Shown in pieces: positions 1 to 15,941 of a DNA stretch of 64,000 nt; position 1 is the first letter of the stretch; each line of letters starts with the position of its first letter. Where the stretch lies: the NCBI RefSeq assembly GCF_009914755.1, contig NC_060936.1; one strand, written 5' to 3'. Below the pieces are notes generated by a model. It was not told the DNA's origin, did no database searches, and saw nothing but the letters and a program-made list of their open reading frames with translations. Made by a program: the position numbers and the translations under genes. This stretch comes from the human T2T-CHM13v2.0 reference genome, Homo sapiens.

Positions 1-906
1 AAAAGGTAGTAACTCCGGGAATTTTACTTTTTGAAAAGTTTCAAACCTTCAAAAAATTGGAAAGAATGGGAAGATGCCCCCAGCACCCCAGGCGATTGCA
101 TGCGCGTGCTCGCTCATCTATATGTGCGCACGTTGACCCACGCGTGCTCGCCCTCTCTGAGAGTCGTTGCATATGTGGTGACTGCTCTGCCCTGAATACT
201 GCAGCTGCATTTCCCATGAAGGGCCTTCTCCTGGGAAACACAGCACTGCATGCAGATTGTCCACCGATGGTGTCCATCACTTCCTCTGCAGGCCGCAGCC
301 ACGTTGCTCCAAGTGGCCCCACGTGTCTTTTGTAGATCTTTTTTTCCCAAAGTACAGAATGAGCCTTTCACTTTAATTATATTGACGTTTCTAAGAGTCC
401 AGGGCCATTATTGAAAACTGATTTTCTGCTTGAAGTCACTTCGCTTATTTTTCTGTGGAAAACAACATTCTAAGCTCAGACTTTTCAAATGATGCTGAAG
501 GCTGAATCAGCTTTCTTGTTTTGGGAGTCAGTCTGAAATCCTCTCACATCTGGCAGGAGGCCTCAGAAATAATAACTGACGAGCAAGGAGGGGAGAATTA
601 GAAGAGCAGAGAAGATGAGTTTGTGTGAGACCCTGTCGAGTCCCCGAGTGCCGCAGGGTGGGCTCCTGCCCTGAGTCCCGAGTGCTCTGGCCACCCGCTG
701 TAGCCTCAGCTCCTCTGAGCCATTTGACATGCCAGCCCCAGAAACGAACATTTTCAGGCAAGGTGGGAACCCCCAGCAGCCCCCCGGGACGCCGTCTCAC
801 AGCCTTTCCACAGCTCTTCAGAGTCGGGGCTGCCTCCTGGCTCCTCACTTCAGCCAGTTATGGCCGAAGGATCTGTGGTCATTCCTTAGCTTTAATAGGA
901 TTTCTT

Positions 907-1337
<431 letters not shown>

Positions 1338-1506
1338 TTACAGCCATGAAAATATGCATGTAGCAAGGAGGGAAGGGAATTTAAGAAAGTAAGGGACCTG
1401 TTACAGTGGCGTACGGGTTCTCATGTTTTGATATCGTTTGTGCAGCGGGTAAAGGGGTTAATTGAAAGACATTCACAGGAATGCTTTAACCAGTTACATT
1501 ACATGA

Positions 1507-2013
<507 letters not shown>

Positions 2014-2749
2014 TAGGATGCTCTCCCTGGATATATGTGTGTGTCTGTGTATGCAGATTACAGCTACCAAGCCATTTCAACAAAAATGTAATGGTTGTAG
2101 CAGATGATGATAAATGTCTTTAATTGCTTCTGAAACAAAAATACTTGTAATTAAATTGGCAATTGCCATAAAGAAAATTCAAACTCGAAAATATTTTTAG
2201 CCTAAAACAACTTCTGGGACAGGTTACCCTTGACTTTACTAAGTATTCTAGCATCTGCTTTACTCGCTGATGTTGAGACATTTGACCCAGCTATGTAGTT
2301 GTGAAATTCTCGGAGTCCAGGAGGACTTGAGACAAGACCACGTTCGGCCACCGCACGCCCTGGGTGAGGAAGCCTGCGTGGCTGAGGGCACGTCGGCACC
2401 AGGAGGCTCATGGCACCCCCAGGTCTGTCGGGGCCGTGGCTAGCTCGGGCTGGCTCTGCAGGGTGGCATGAGGACACTCCCTTACACAAGGCCTGGCATA
2501 ACATGGCAGGAATTTTGCTGTCACCTTAAAGTTAACTGAAAACAGCCACAGTGCAGCTTATGTGCCTGAAGGACAGTCACTTCTCTGTCTTTACTTTCTA
2601 TAAAACTGATGTATACATATGATTTTTAAAGTTCCAATGCTAGAGAAAGGTATAAAACAAAGAGGAGAGGTCCTTTCTTTCTTGTGTATTTTTTTTAATT
2701 CCTGTGGAAATGGCACTTTTTAAAATTCCTCCAATTCTCTCCCTTCTGT

Positions 2750-3137
2750 AGAGTTTGAGTTTTTAACATAAAGGTTACCATTTTACCGTTTTTAACTGTG
2801 CAGTTTATGCTGGCATTAAGTATATTCACACTGTGCAACTATTACCACCCAACCGTTCCCAGGATGTCCATCTTCTAAAACCAAAACTCTGTAGCCATTA
2901 AATAGTAACTCTCTGCCCTCCCCTCCCCCAGCCCTGGCACCCACCTGCTTGCAGCCTCTGTGAACGGGACTCCTGGGGACCGCATGTGTGTGGGATTCTG
3001 CAGTGTCTGTGCTTCTGTGCCTGGCTGACTTCACCTAGCGTGGTATCCTCTGGGTCCAGCCATGCAGCAGCCGCATTGGACCCCCTTCCTTTTTACAGTT
3101 GAATGGTGCTCGGTCGTGTGCATCTACCCCGTTTGTT
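2750..3137 (-). mobile_element. Old L1M (L1MB-like) 3' fragment
   Basis: ggcattaagtatattcacactgtgcaactattaccacc...aaactctgtagccattaaatagtaactc...ccagccctggc motif series. Confidence 0.65.
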
Positions 3138-3688
3138 TCCGAACACTTTGGGAGGCCAAGTGAATCCTTGAGGGGAAAAACTCAATTCGATTCATGTATG
3201 TGGAGGTGTAAAACCTCATAGGGGATCATACCCTACATATTTTTCTGACAACTTTTTTCACTTACAGTAGAGATCCTTCTGTTATCAATGCTTACAGTAG
3301 TGTTTGGTGTGTTACAGGCACTCGGTAGGTATTTAGTGACCGAATGACTTTAAGTAGTTTACCTGTAAATCACCCCCTCTGTGTGTGCCCCTCCCCTGCT
3401 GTGGGAAATGTGAGCTGTGGGTCTGTCTTTGTGAACGATGCCGCTTTCACCCAATCTGTGTCCTGTGTCTTGTGTACTCCAGTGAGTGCACCCACGGGGG
3501 AAATCCTCACCATGGAATTCCTTTTTTAATTTGAGATACTGCTCAGTTGACCTCTGAAGGGACCGTAGCAGTTTTATTTGCCCCCGTAGGGTGTGCGAAC
3601 TATTTCTTCATGTCCCTGTCGGCATTGGTTACCATCAGCCTTTCGGTGGGAAAGCAGCATCTGCTTTAACTTACATATTTAATGGTAA

Positions 3689-4026
<338 letters not shown>

Positions 4027-4526
4027 ACTTTGCTAATGTTTCTTGGCATTGTCTGCTGCCTTTTGAACTGGCTTTCCCTTAGCCTGGGCCCATGTTTCTT
4101 CGACCTAGGAAGGGCCCTTTCTTTGTCTTATGCTGCGTCATGTTAGCTGTTTGTCATCAGTGTCACAAACATTTTTTCCCCGGTACATTTCTGACCTGCC
4201 ATACTTGGAATTTATTTGAGTTTGAGGAGCACGTCACTATCGATGCAACGCATTCACTAAGTCATACATCTTTTCCCCAGTGACTCACAGAGCCTTCTTT
4301 ACAACGTGCTGAATTCCCATTTGTACTCGATCTTTCTGCATCCATGTTCCTGTTCAGTCCCGTTGATCGTTAGGAAAGGTGATTTTACATATTCAGGTAC
4401 AGTTGTAAATGATGTCCTAAAGTGTGCCTATTGGCATGGAAAGATATTGGCAGCACTCTAAATTTTTCAAGTGGCATATAAAATATATAAAAGCATATGC
4501 AAAAATCGTGCATATAAACCTGCATA

Positions 4527-5265
4527 GGAGACTGGAGAGTTCCCTTGACCCTTCTCAGGACTGGCACAGGGGGTGGCTCGTTTTCTCGGCTGCCACTCAA
4601 TCCCTTACGGGAGGGACCACACGAACGGACAGGTGCGGGAACCAGAGCAAAGGAACTCTCCTCTCTGGCGGGAGCAGGCTCTGCGCTGGCCTCACGGCAG
4701 CCTCCAAGCATATTACAATGCTCTTTTAGCTCTGCCATCTGGGAGTGGGTGTCTGTGACCCCTGGAGCCTCAGAAAGCCTGTGTTACAATCAGTGTTGAG
4801 TGTTAATCAGCTCAGTGGAGGGTCAGGGTGACAGCCTTTACACCCTGCCCTCTTGGTACCTGAGTTCTTGTCCGGCGTCCAGCAAGAATCAGGTCACACG
4901 AACGAATTAAAGGGTGGTGAATATGGAGGACTTTATTGAGCTGTGGAAGTGGCTCTCAGCAGAAAGGGAAGCTGACAAGGGGGTACAGCAGGAAGATAAT
5001 TTTCCCCTGGAGTCTGGCCATCCCTCAGCCAAACTCCTCTCCAACATCCAGCTGCTTCCTCTCCTCTCTTTGCTCAGATGCTTTCTCTTCTGTGTGTGTC
5101 CCCTTTGTCTGGAGTCTGGGGTTCTTATGGGCACAGGATAGGGGGCAGAGCAGGCCAAAAGGCAACATTCAGGTGGGAAAACAGGGATAGTTGTCACTTT
5201 GGGCCACGGGTCCAGGCTTGAGTGTGAAGCCCTCACCAGTATTTCCCTGCCTCCTGCCTGTATCA
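4527..5265 (-). mobile_element. Solo ERV1 LTR of the LTR1/LTR28/MER52 (HUERS-P) group
   Basis: Minus strand starts TGATACAGGCAGGAGGCAGGGAAATACTGG and ends ...CAAGGGAACTCTCCAGTCTCC; 4-bp TSD cata/cgta. Confidence 0.75.
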
Positions 5266-5404
5266 CGTACATTCTCTCTTCATTCCTAGTGTGTGTTCGT
5301 AATCCAGGATGAAGAGAAGGGAGAAGTCTTCATTGAACCCCTTTTTTCATGCGGTCATTTACATAGTAGCAACAGACTGCAGGATGATTTCTTAGATTCC
5401 ACAA

Positions 5405-5710
5405 ATTTTTTTTCTTTTTCTTTTTGAGAGAGTCTCACTCTGTCGCCCGAGCTAGAATGCAGTGGTACCATCACAGCTCACTGCAGCCTTGACCTCCCGG
5501 CCTGAAGCACTCCTCCTACCTCAGCCTCCAAAGTAGCTAGGACTTACATGCACTTGCCACCATGCCCAGCTAAATTTTTTTGTATTTTTGGTAGAGATGG
5601 GATTTTGCTATATTGCCCAGACTGGTCTTGAACTCCTGGCCTCAAGCAGTTCTCCCGCCTTGGCCTCTCAAGATGCTAGGATGACAGGCATGAGCCACTG
5701 CACCCAGCCC
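5405..5710 (-). mobile_element. Alu (J-type)
   Basis: Diverged dimer. Confidence 0.9.
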
Positions 5711-7873
5711 ACAAATGTTTTCAAGTTACTGATCTGCCAAGTTTACAATTCCAGTAAGAGTTTGAAAAGGAAATAGGAACTGAAACCTGCCTGTGTTTGC
5801 TGAATCTCTGCTGTGTGCTAGGTGCTGAGGTGCTTTGGGATATGCATTAGAAGCTTGCTTGTTAACCAGTGACCATGACTGCATTTGAGCTGTTGCTGTT
5901 CACACATGGGCATTTCCATCAGGACAGCACAGCCAGGAGGAGAGTGGCGGCTCCGGGACCTGGGGCTCAGGCGAGGCCTTGAGGAGCTTACCAGAATAGT
6001 GAGGGCCCACGAGGGCCAAAGACCCACAAGTGGTAAAGGACAGGTGGCCCCACTCAGGAAGACACTTTCTCAGGCAGAACCGGAATGACAATGGGAGGCC
6101 AGTTGTGGAGAGCCTGGGACGCCAGAATAAGTGAGCACGAGAGACCGACAGGATGAGAGCCGCATTTCCGCTGAGACAGTGTGGCTGCGGGGCACGGGGC
6201 GCTGGAGCAGAGTGGAGGCAGGGGTGGGAGGATGCACCTGGGCAGGACGTGGTAGGGCAGTGGGGCTGGGTGAAGGGATGGAGAGCAACGCCGCAGTGTT
6301 GGTTATCCCTTTCATAGTTAATGTAGTGTCCTTCACAAATAAGATTTCTTTTATTTTCAAATACAATCAGATACAAAGTCGGTCTGCTTTTGAGCGGTTT
6401 GTTTTGCCACAGTAGGAAATAATCGTTGCTGGTTCATGTGCTAATTTTGTTGCCAAATACTTCATCGTGACACAGGGGGACTAATCAATGTTAATTTCCA
6501 GTGTTACAGAAGTGGCCGGCGGTAAGCTGTTAATGCTCTCATAAATGACCATTTTTCAGAAGTTATTTGCTTTGTCCCGGACTCTACCTAAACCAATGTA
6601 CGTCTGCCCCCCTACATTCAAACATGACTTCCGTTTTGATCATTTTTGCTGGAATATTAAAAATGCATCTCAAAGGCAGCTGTGGTTTCTGGGAAGCTGT
6701 GTTTGGCATCAGTCCTTGTTCACTTTTAGCACTTGAAGCTGAAAAAAGCAGTAATGTCAACATAATGAACCATCTTAATTCAGCCTGGCAGAGGTCACAA
6801 CAGCTCTAGTTTTCACCTTCATGGTGAAGGATGATCGTGTTGTTGGAATAAATAGACCTGGACTTGATTACAAGTGACATTTGAAAGTGTTGATTCAGAT
6901 TGTCCCGTCGCTTCAAAATGGAGCCCTAGTCTTTAAGCACAGTGGTGAGATAAGTATTATTAATGACAGGCATTAGTTAGGATAAAGGCAAAAAAAAAAG
7001 TTTGGAGGCTCAAATCATTAAGTTGGCAGTAGAAATATGAATAGAAACTCAGCTGGAGAGTTGACTCCTCGCACTCCTGTTTGTCTTGACTGTGCCTCAG
7101 ATGGCGTCTCGCGCCCGTTTGGTTTTGTCTTTCACAGACGTTTGCCAGGGACCATGTTTTTCCATCTCCCCTCTGTTTTAACACAGCGCCTTACCAATCA
7201 CACACCAAATTAGTGCAGTGATTTTGTGAGCGTGGAGAGAGTAAATGAGGAGAGTTCTTCACCAGAAAAAGACAGCAAAGACGTGTTTCTCTTCCTTCTC
7301 GTCACAGAACAAACTCCTTACTCGAGGGTGGAGTATGTGTCTCAGCTCTCCTTCTCTTCAGCTCTCTCTTTGTTTTCCTGGGGAAATCCCGGGCCTTGTT
7401 GAAAGGACCTGCAGCAGCTCTGACTTCCCGAACACTCACAGGTGCCCGTGTTGAGGTTCCCAATGGCGTCTTTCAGCCCCTGGGCCGGCTTGCTTTCTGC
7501 GCAGCGTGTGCTCCTGATGTAGAGGCCGTGGATACTGGCATTTTTTTAGTGCATCAGCTGATTTCTCTGGTGTCCACCCAGGGCTCGCCTCAGAGGATGT
7601 GCTCAGCTCGCAAACCTGTGTTCTTTGCTCTTTGCAGAATGGAAGCCCTCTCCCTTTCGGTGTGTATGGGAGAGGCCATAGCTAGGATGTTGAGCCTCTG
7701 AAGTTGTAAAGCTTACTACCTTTTTATTTATTGTATGTTTAATTTAAAGGATCATTTAGCATTGCTTGTGGGCAAATCCTGACTAATGCCAGAGTGGGGG
7801 TGTTCTTGGATATAGAGCTTGCCTTGTCATTGGACGTTTGTGTGTTAGAATTATGTAAGCAATAAAATATTTT

Positions 7874-8185
7874 AGCTGGGCACGGTGGTTCACGCCCGTA
7901 ATCTCAGCACTTTGGGATGCTGAGGTGTGCAGTTCACTTGAGGCCAGGAGTTTGAGACCAGCCTGGCCAAAATAGCAAAACCCTTTCTCTACTAAAAATA
8001 CAAAAAAAAAAAAAAAAATTAGCTGAGCATGATGGCACATGCCTGTAATCCCAGCTACTCAGGAGGCTGAGGCACAAGAATCACTTGAGGCCGGAAGGCG
8101 GAGGTTGCGGTGAGCTGAGATCACGCCACTGCACTCCACCCCGGCAACAGAGCAAGACTCTGCCTCAAAACAAACAAAAATAATA
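7874..8185 (+). mobile_element. Alu
   Basis: Full dimer; TSD aataaaatattt. Confidence 0.93.
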
Positions 8186-9210
8186 AAATATTTAAAAGTT
8201 TGACGTGAAAAATATTGTTACACTTAACAGAATTTTAAATGAGAAAGACCTTTTTGATAAGAACTGTCCCACAGTAAAGTGGATTTTTTTGCCAAAATGT
8301 CCCTGGAGATAATTTAGGCAGAGACTTAAAGATGAACCTCATAGCGGCCATCAGATCCCAAGGAGGAATTCATCCCTGCCCTCTTGCCCGCCGCACACCC
8401 ACAACCAGGGAGGGGCATTAGAGAGCACAGTGTAAACGGAAACAGCAAGGAGGCTGAACAGAGGGCTGAGAAATCACCGTGCCATCATAAAGCAGCCAGC
8501 TCAAGTGGAAACTCATCTTAAATTGGGGCCTGCCCCACCAGGGCTCTGCTGAATTGCTTTTGATCTCAAAGCCAAAGCAAGAAGCATAACTGTAGAAGAA
8601 TCGTTTCTACAGTGTTTTCCCGCAGCCAGTTGGCCTTGCCACAGCGGACCTAAGGAGAGGAAAGAAGGGAGGGAAGCCCCCTTACCACTTTGCCTTTCAC
8701 AGATGCCGTCCTGCGCACACTGCCGCGGGCTGGGCTGGAGCTCTCCCCGGGGAGCAGCTGGGGGCAGCCTGGGAGACTGGGTCCCACCCCAGCACCTAAC
8801 CTGAATTTCTTCGAGGCACAAAGGATAAATTGCAGATTTTTCACTGTGTCTAAAGGTGTGAAATGTTTAACAGCTATAATTTAAAATTCACTTGAAGTGA
8901 GGAGAGAGTGAGCTTTCTGGGTAAAGAGGGGCAGGCTGCAGGCCTATGCTGTTGAAGGGTGCTGTCTCCTGATCTGGTTCCGATGCGCTGTGGTGGAAAT
9001 GTGTCAGCATGCATTGAAGATTCATATGCTCTTCTGTATGTATGTAACACTCAGATGGAGAGGTTTTAAAACATCAAAGGGGAGCCTAGACCTTCTTTAA
9101 AAATTATTGTCAGAGTAGTGCCGATACTCATTTAAAAACCTAACATCGGAGGTTTGAGGAATCTCTCCTCTGGTAGTTAAAACTGTTTTTTTTGTTTTTC
9201 CTTAAGAACT

Positions 9211-9809
9211 ATTTTTTTTTATTATACTTTAAGTTTTAGGGTACATGTGCACAACGTGCAGGTTAGTTACATATGTATACATGTGCCATGTTGGTGTGCT
9301 GCACCCATTAACTCATCATTTAACGTTAGGTATATCTCCTAATGCTATCCCTCCCCGCTCACCCCACCCCACAACAGGCCCCGGTGTGTGATGTTCCCCT
9401 TCCTGTGACCATGTGTTCTCGTTGTTCAGTTCCCACCTATGAGTGAGAACATGCGGTGTTTGGTTTTTTGTCCTTGGTGATAGTTTGCTGAGAATGATGG
9501 TTTCCAGCTTCATCCATGTCCCTACAAAGGACATGAACTCATCATTTTTTATGGCTGCATAGTATTCCATGGTGTATATGTGCCGCATTTTCTTAATCCA
9601 GTCTATCATTGTTGGACGTTTGCGTTGGTTCGAAATCTTTGCTATTGTGAAGAGTGCCACAATAAACATACGTGTGCATGTGTCTTTATAGCAGCATGAT
9701 TTACAATCCTTTGGGTATATACCCAGTAATGGGATGGCTGGGTCAAATGGTATTTCTGGTTCTAGATCCCTGAGGAATGGCCACACTGACTTCCACAATG
9801 GGTGAACTA
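9211..9809 (-). mobile_element. 5'-truncated L1PA (about PA3/PA4) 3' end, antisense in an SFSWAP intron
   Basis: Canonical L1 3' UTR and ORF2 C-terminus (DLEPEIPFDPAIPLLGIYPK...); imperfect TSD aagaactatttttt / aggaacgtatttttt. Confidence 0.92.
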
Positions 9810-10130
9810 AAAAGGAACGTATTTTTTCCCAGCGTAGCATCTCTAATACTCTAATACTGTGCTCCTCTTGTTGGCTCCGGCTGTCCACAGCCTGGGGGCT
9901 GGGAAGAGAGTGCTGCCTGTGGAAATGCTCGGGAACCAGAGGGTTCACTTTCTCCTTTTGCATCCTGGGAGGTGACAAGGAGGTCACTCTGGATAGCCAC
10001 AGGAGGAGACTTTCTAAGAGATGGTTGCTGTGTTTGTTGGTGTGAGGGGCCCAAAGTTGAAATTTTATAGATATACATCTTCAATGTTCTGTTTTCCCTG
10101 TTAACACCCAGATTTTCCTTTTATTCTTAG

Positions 10131-10396
10131 GAATCCAGCACTACGCCCTGCCCTCTACTGACTGGAGGCAGGCCTCTGCCTACTTTAGAAGTTAAACCAC
10201 CCGATAGGCCTTCGAGCAAAAGCAAAGATCCACCGAGAGAAGAAGAGAAAGAAAAGAAAAAGAAAAAGCACAAAAAAAGATCTCGAACAAGATCACGTTC
10301 TCCCAAGTACCATTCGTCATCCAAGTCCAGGTCTAGATCACACTCAAAAGCAAAGCATTCTCTTCCCAGTGCCTATCGGACAGTGCGGCGGTCGAG
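10131..10396 (+). CDS. SFSWAP: SFSWAP internal coding exon (probably exon 14), 266 nt; K-rich basic stretch and start of RS domain
   Basis: Acceptor ttttattcttag| and donor |gtgggt. Translates [60 protein letters not shown]...RTVRRS(R), which I recognise as human SFSWAP/SFRS8. Phase-2 end joins the next exon in frame. Confidence 0.96.
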
Positions 10397-10587
10397 GTGG
10401 GTGTGAAGGGGGCAGCACCTCTGGTACCCTCATGACCCCCATGTCCTTCACAGGACACCCAGTAGAGCTAGGTAGAACGTTTAAAATCAGTGCCGCTTTC
10501 ATTAAGCAGACGCGTGTATGCATGTGCATGTGTGCCCTGCAAGTCCAAGTAAGATCTTTTTCAGATTTTTGTTTGTTTTATACTTAA

Positions 10588-10905
<318 letters not shown>

Positions 10906-11129
10906 TAAACTACTGCCAGGTTTTTAAAAATTGGTTTGTTTAAATTCTAATGGTTCCTGGAAGCAAGCCTACCACATTTGCCGATTGTGTGAAAGATTCA
11001 CAGGGTGGTGTGCTGGGGGTCTTTTGTTTTATTTGTATAAGTGAAGTTTCCCATGCTAATTTGTCTCAAATGTGTAAAGTTGCAAGACAGGAGAACTCTT
11101 TAGCACTGGTTCTGGGTTTGGATTCTCTG

Positions 11130-11436
11130 CTCTGCACACGCACTCACCGGCACCGCACTCTGCACATACACTCACCGGTGCCACACTCTGCACACACTTC
11201 GTGTGGCACCGGTGAGCGTGTGTGCAGAGATGCAGCGACGGTGAGTGTGTGTGAAGAGGGCAGCGCGGATGAGTGTGTATGAAGAGGGCGGCGCGGGTGA
11301 GCGTGTGTGAAGAGGGCGGCGCGGGTGAGCGTGTGTGAAGAGGGCGGCGCGGGTGAGCGTGTGTGAAGAGGGCGGCGCGGGTGAGTGTGTGTGAAGAGGG
11401 CGGCGCGGGTGGGTGTGTGTGAAGAGGGCGGCGCTG
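11130..11436. repeat. 29-bp minisatellite (GTGAGCGTGTGTGAAGAGGGCGGCGCGG-like, ~8 copies) preceded by ~2.5 inverted copies
   Basis: Read directly from the sequence. Confidence 0.9.
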
Positions 11437-11858
11437 GTGCAGAATGTTTCCTCTCCACCCTCCCTCCAGGAGTCACTATTAAACCAAAGGCCTTCTTGAT
11501 GAGGAGCCAGTTTTTCAGAAAGCAGGTTAACATTTCTGGCAGCAGAAATTAAAAATGTAAAAACATTTAAGAGTCACAGAATTTACATCTTGGTGAAAAC
11601 CACTTTTTAAAAACAAAACAGTGGCTGACTTACAGGAGGTTGGCACAGCTTGCCCTGTTTTCAGAACCCCGTTACACCTTGGGTTCACTGCTGAACACTG
11701 GCTGACTCTCCTCGGTTTCTCTAACGCCGCACTGACTGTGCTCATCTAGTTTTTCTTCTGGAATTGGTGTTAGCTCTTATGTTTCTGTGGGAAAAATACA
11801 CATGCCTTGGGAGCTTTACGGGCTTTTTAAGTGTAATTTTACACATTTGCCTCTCTGA

Positions 11859-12790
<932 letters not shown>

Positions 12791-13350
12791 GCAATTAAAT
12801 GATTAAAATAAAAAATTTCCCACTTGAATATGTTTCTTACGACATTACATAGCTGAAGATAGGCATAAACAAGCCCTCCTAGTAACCACATTCAGTAAAA
12901 TTCTTCCCAATTTTCCTTTTCTACAGGCTCAAAAGGAAGCATAATTCCTTCCTAAATCCCAAACCTTGGGGGACCGATCATTGTAAGAGCTGTTCATGGT
13001 GTTTCTTTAGCGTAAGAAATTAGCTCAGCTTTCATGTGGGGAGTTTTTGCAAACACAGCGGATGTGATGTCTGATATTTCCGGGTATCCTACCATTCACC
13101 TCTAAAGACAGGTGATGCCGTGGCCCCCAGCTTTTCCCACATTGGCATATTCAGAGCTGAAAGGCTTCACCTAACACTTGGAATTTCAGGTTTCTAAGTT
13201 GTACATCCTTTTTGTTGACTGGTCTATAGTAGAAAAGGTCATTTTACATATTATTTGAATGATTTATTTTAGAATCGATTTAGAGTTACATAATTTTGAA
13301 TAATTTAGAATAGCTTTAGTTACATATTACTTCACATATGCAAATATATC

Positions 13351-13659
<309 letters not shown>

Positions 13660-14924
13660 TATATTATTTTTATATATTCACTGCTGACAAGTCCAAGAAG
13701 CAAAATCCTACTCATTTGTTTGTAACTTTCAGTTAAAAGAAAAAATTAAGGTAAAAGTTACCTGAGTGTGGTTTCCACCGTGATGGTAGGCTACCAATTT
13801 TAATCCGACCTACGTTTAAAACACTTTACAGCGTCAGCAGAGCAAAGTGTTTCCAGAACACTCCAATTTTTAATTAGTCTCCATGGCCAAGGAGGTAGTA
13901 TCTACATACTTTTAGTTAATTTTAGTTAAATAAGGGATTTAAAAGCATTTGATTTTGCAACTGAGACAAAATATGAAGGCAAAGTGCAAGCTTATTATAA
14001 AATGAAAATAATATTATAAAACAAAACCTTCCAGGTGTTGGATTGTCTAGCAAGTTCTACCGTGGGTGCTGGCCCCTGGCATTGGTTCCCCTCCACAGGG
14101 CCAAGGGCATAGCTGGGTGCAGAGACCGGCAGTGCCGTGGTCTCTGGAGTCTGAGGACATAAGTTAAACAAGCTAGTCAAGCCCCAGATGCTTGGGAGGC
14201 AGAGGCAGGAGGATTCCTTGAGCCCAGGAGATCGAATCTAGCCTGATCAACATATTCTCTATGACAAAAGAACAAGAAGAAGAAGAAGCTGGTGGTTTCT
14301 CACCATAACCTTTTCTTGTGGAATTCTGCCTCAGCTCTTCTGGGAACAGTGAGTGCGTGTTTTATTTAGTAGGATTGCATTTTTCTAAACTGGCTGCAAA
14401 CCTGCCTCCTCCATCCAAGCTCTGCCAGCAATAATCATTTCCAGGGATCCAAGTGGCTTTAAAATGCAAGTTAGAAATGGGAGGGGTGGTGATCTCCTCA
14501 GTAATATGAATTATTGGAGTATAAAAGATAACTAAATTTTAACCAAAATATTGAAAGTGTTAATGCTGTTGTTATCAGATAGAATAAACTGTTACAAACG
14601 CAGCCTCCACTCAGAATGGATCGGACTTGTCACTTGGGCCTGAACAGACCTAATTGATCATTTTTCATGACTGCTGCCAGCCCACAGTAGAATACCGCAG
14701 TTGTTAATATTTCTAATTGGGTAGGATGCTACATGGAATGTATTTTGTTTTATATATTAAATTACTAAAATTCTATATAAAATACAGAAAGTTAAGATTA
14801 GAAAGCCTTCTTACAGCACAATGAATATTTATTTAATGGCTATACTGTTCCTGTGGTTGAAGTCCCATGTATTTAGTATGTCTAAGTTATGGGCGACTCT
14901 GGATCTCCAAAGGCAAATTAGTCA

Positions 14925-15941
<1,017 letters not shown>

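Noticed and set aside
1-11. aaaag|gtagta as a possible SFSWAP donor
   Set aside because: Weak consensus, and it does not match the residues I recall preceding ESSTTP. No upstream context is available to verify.
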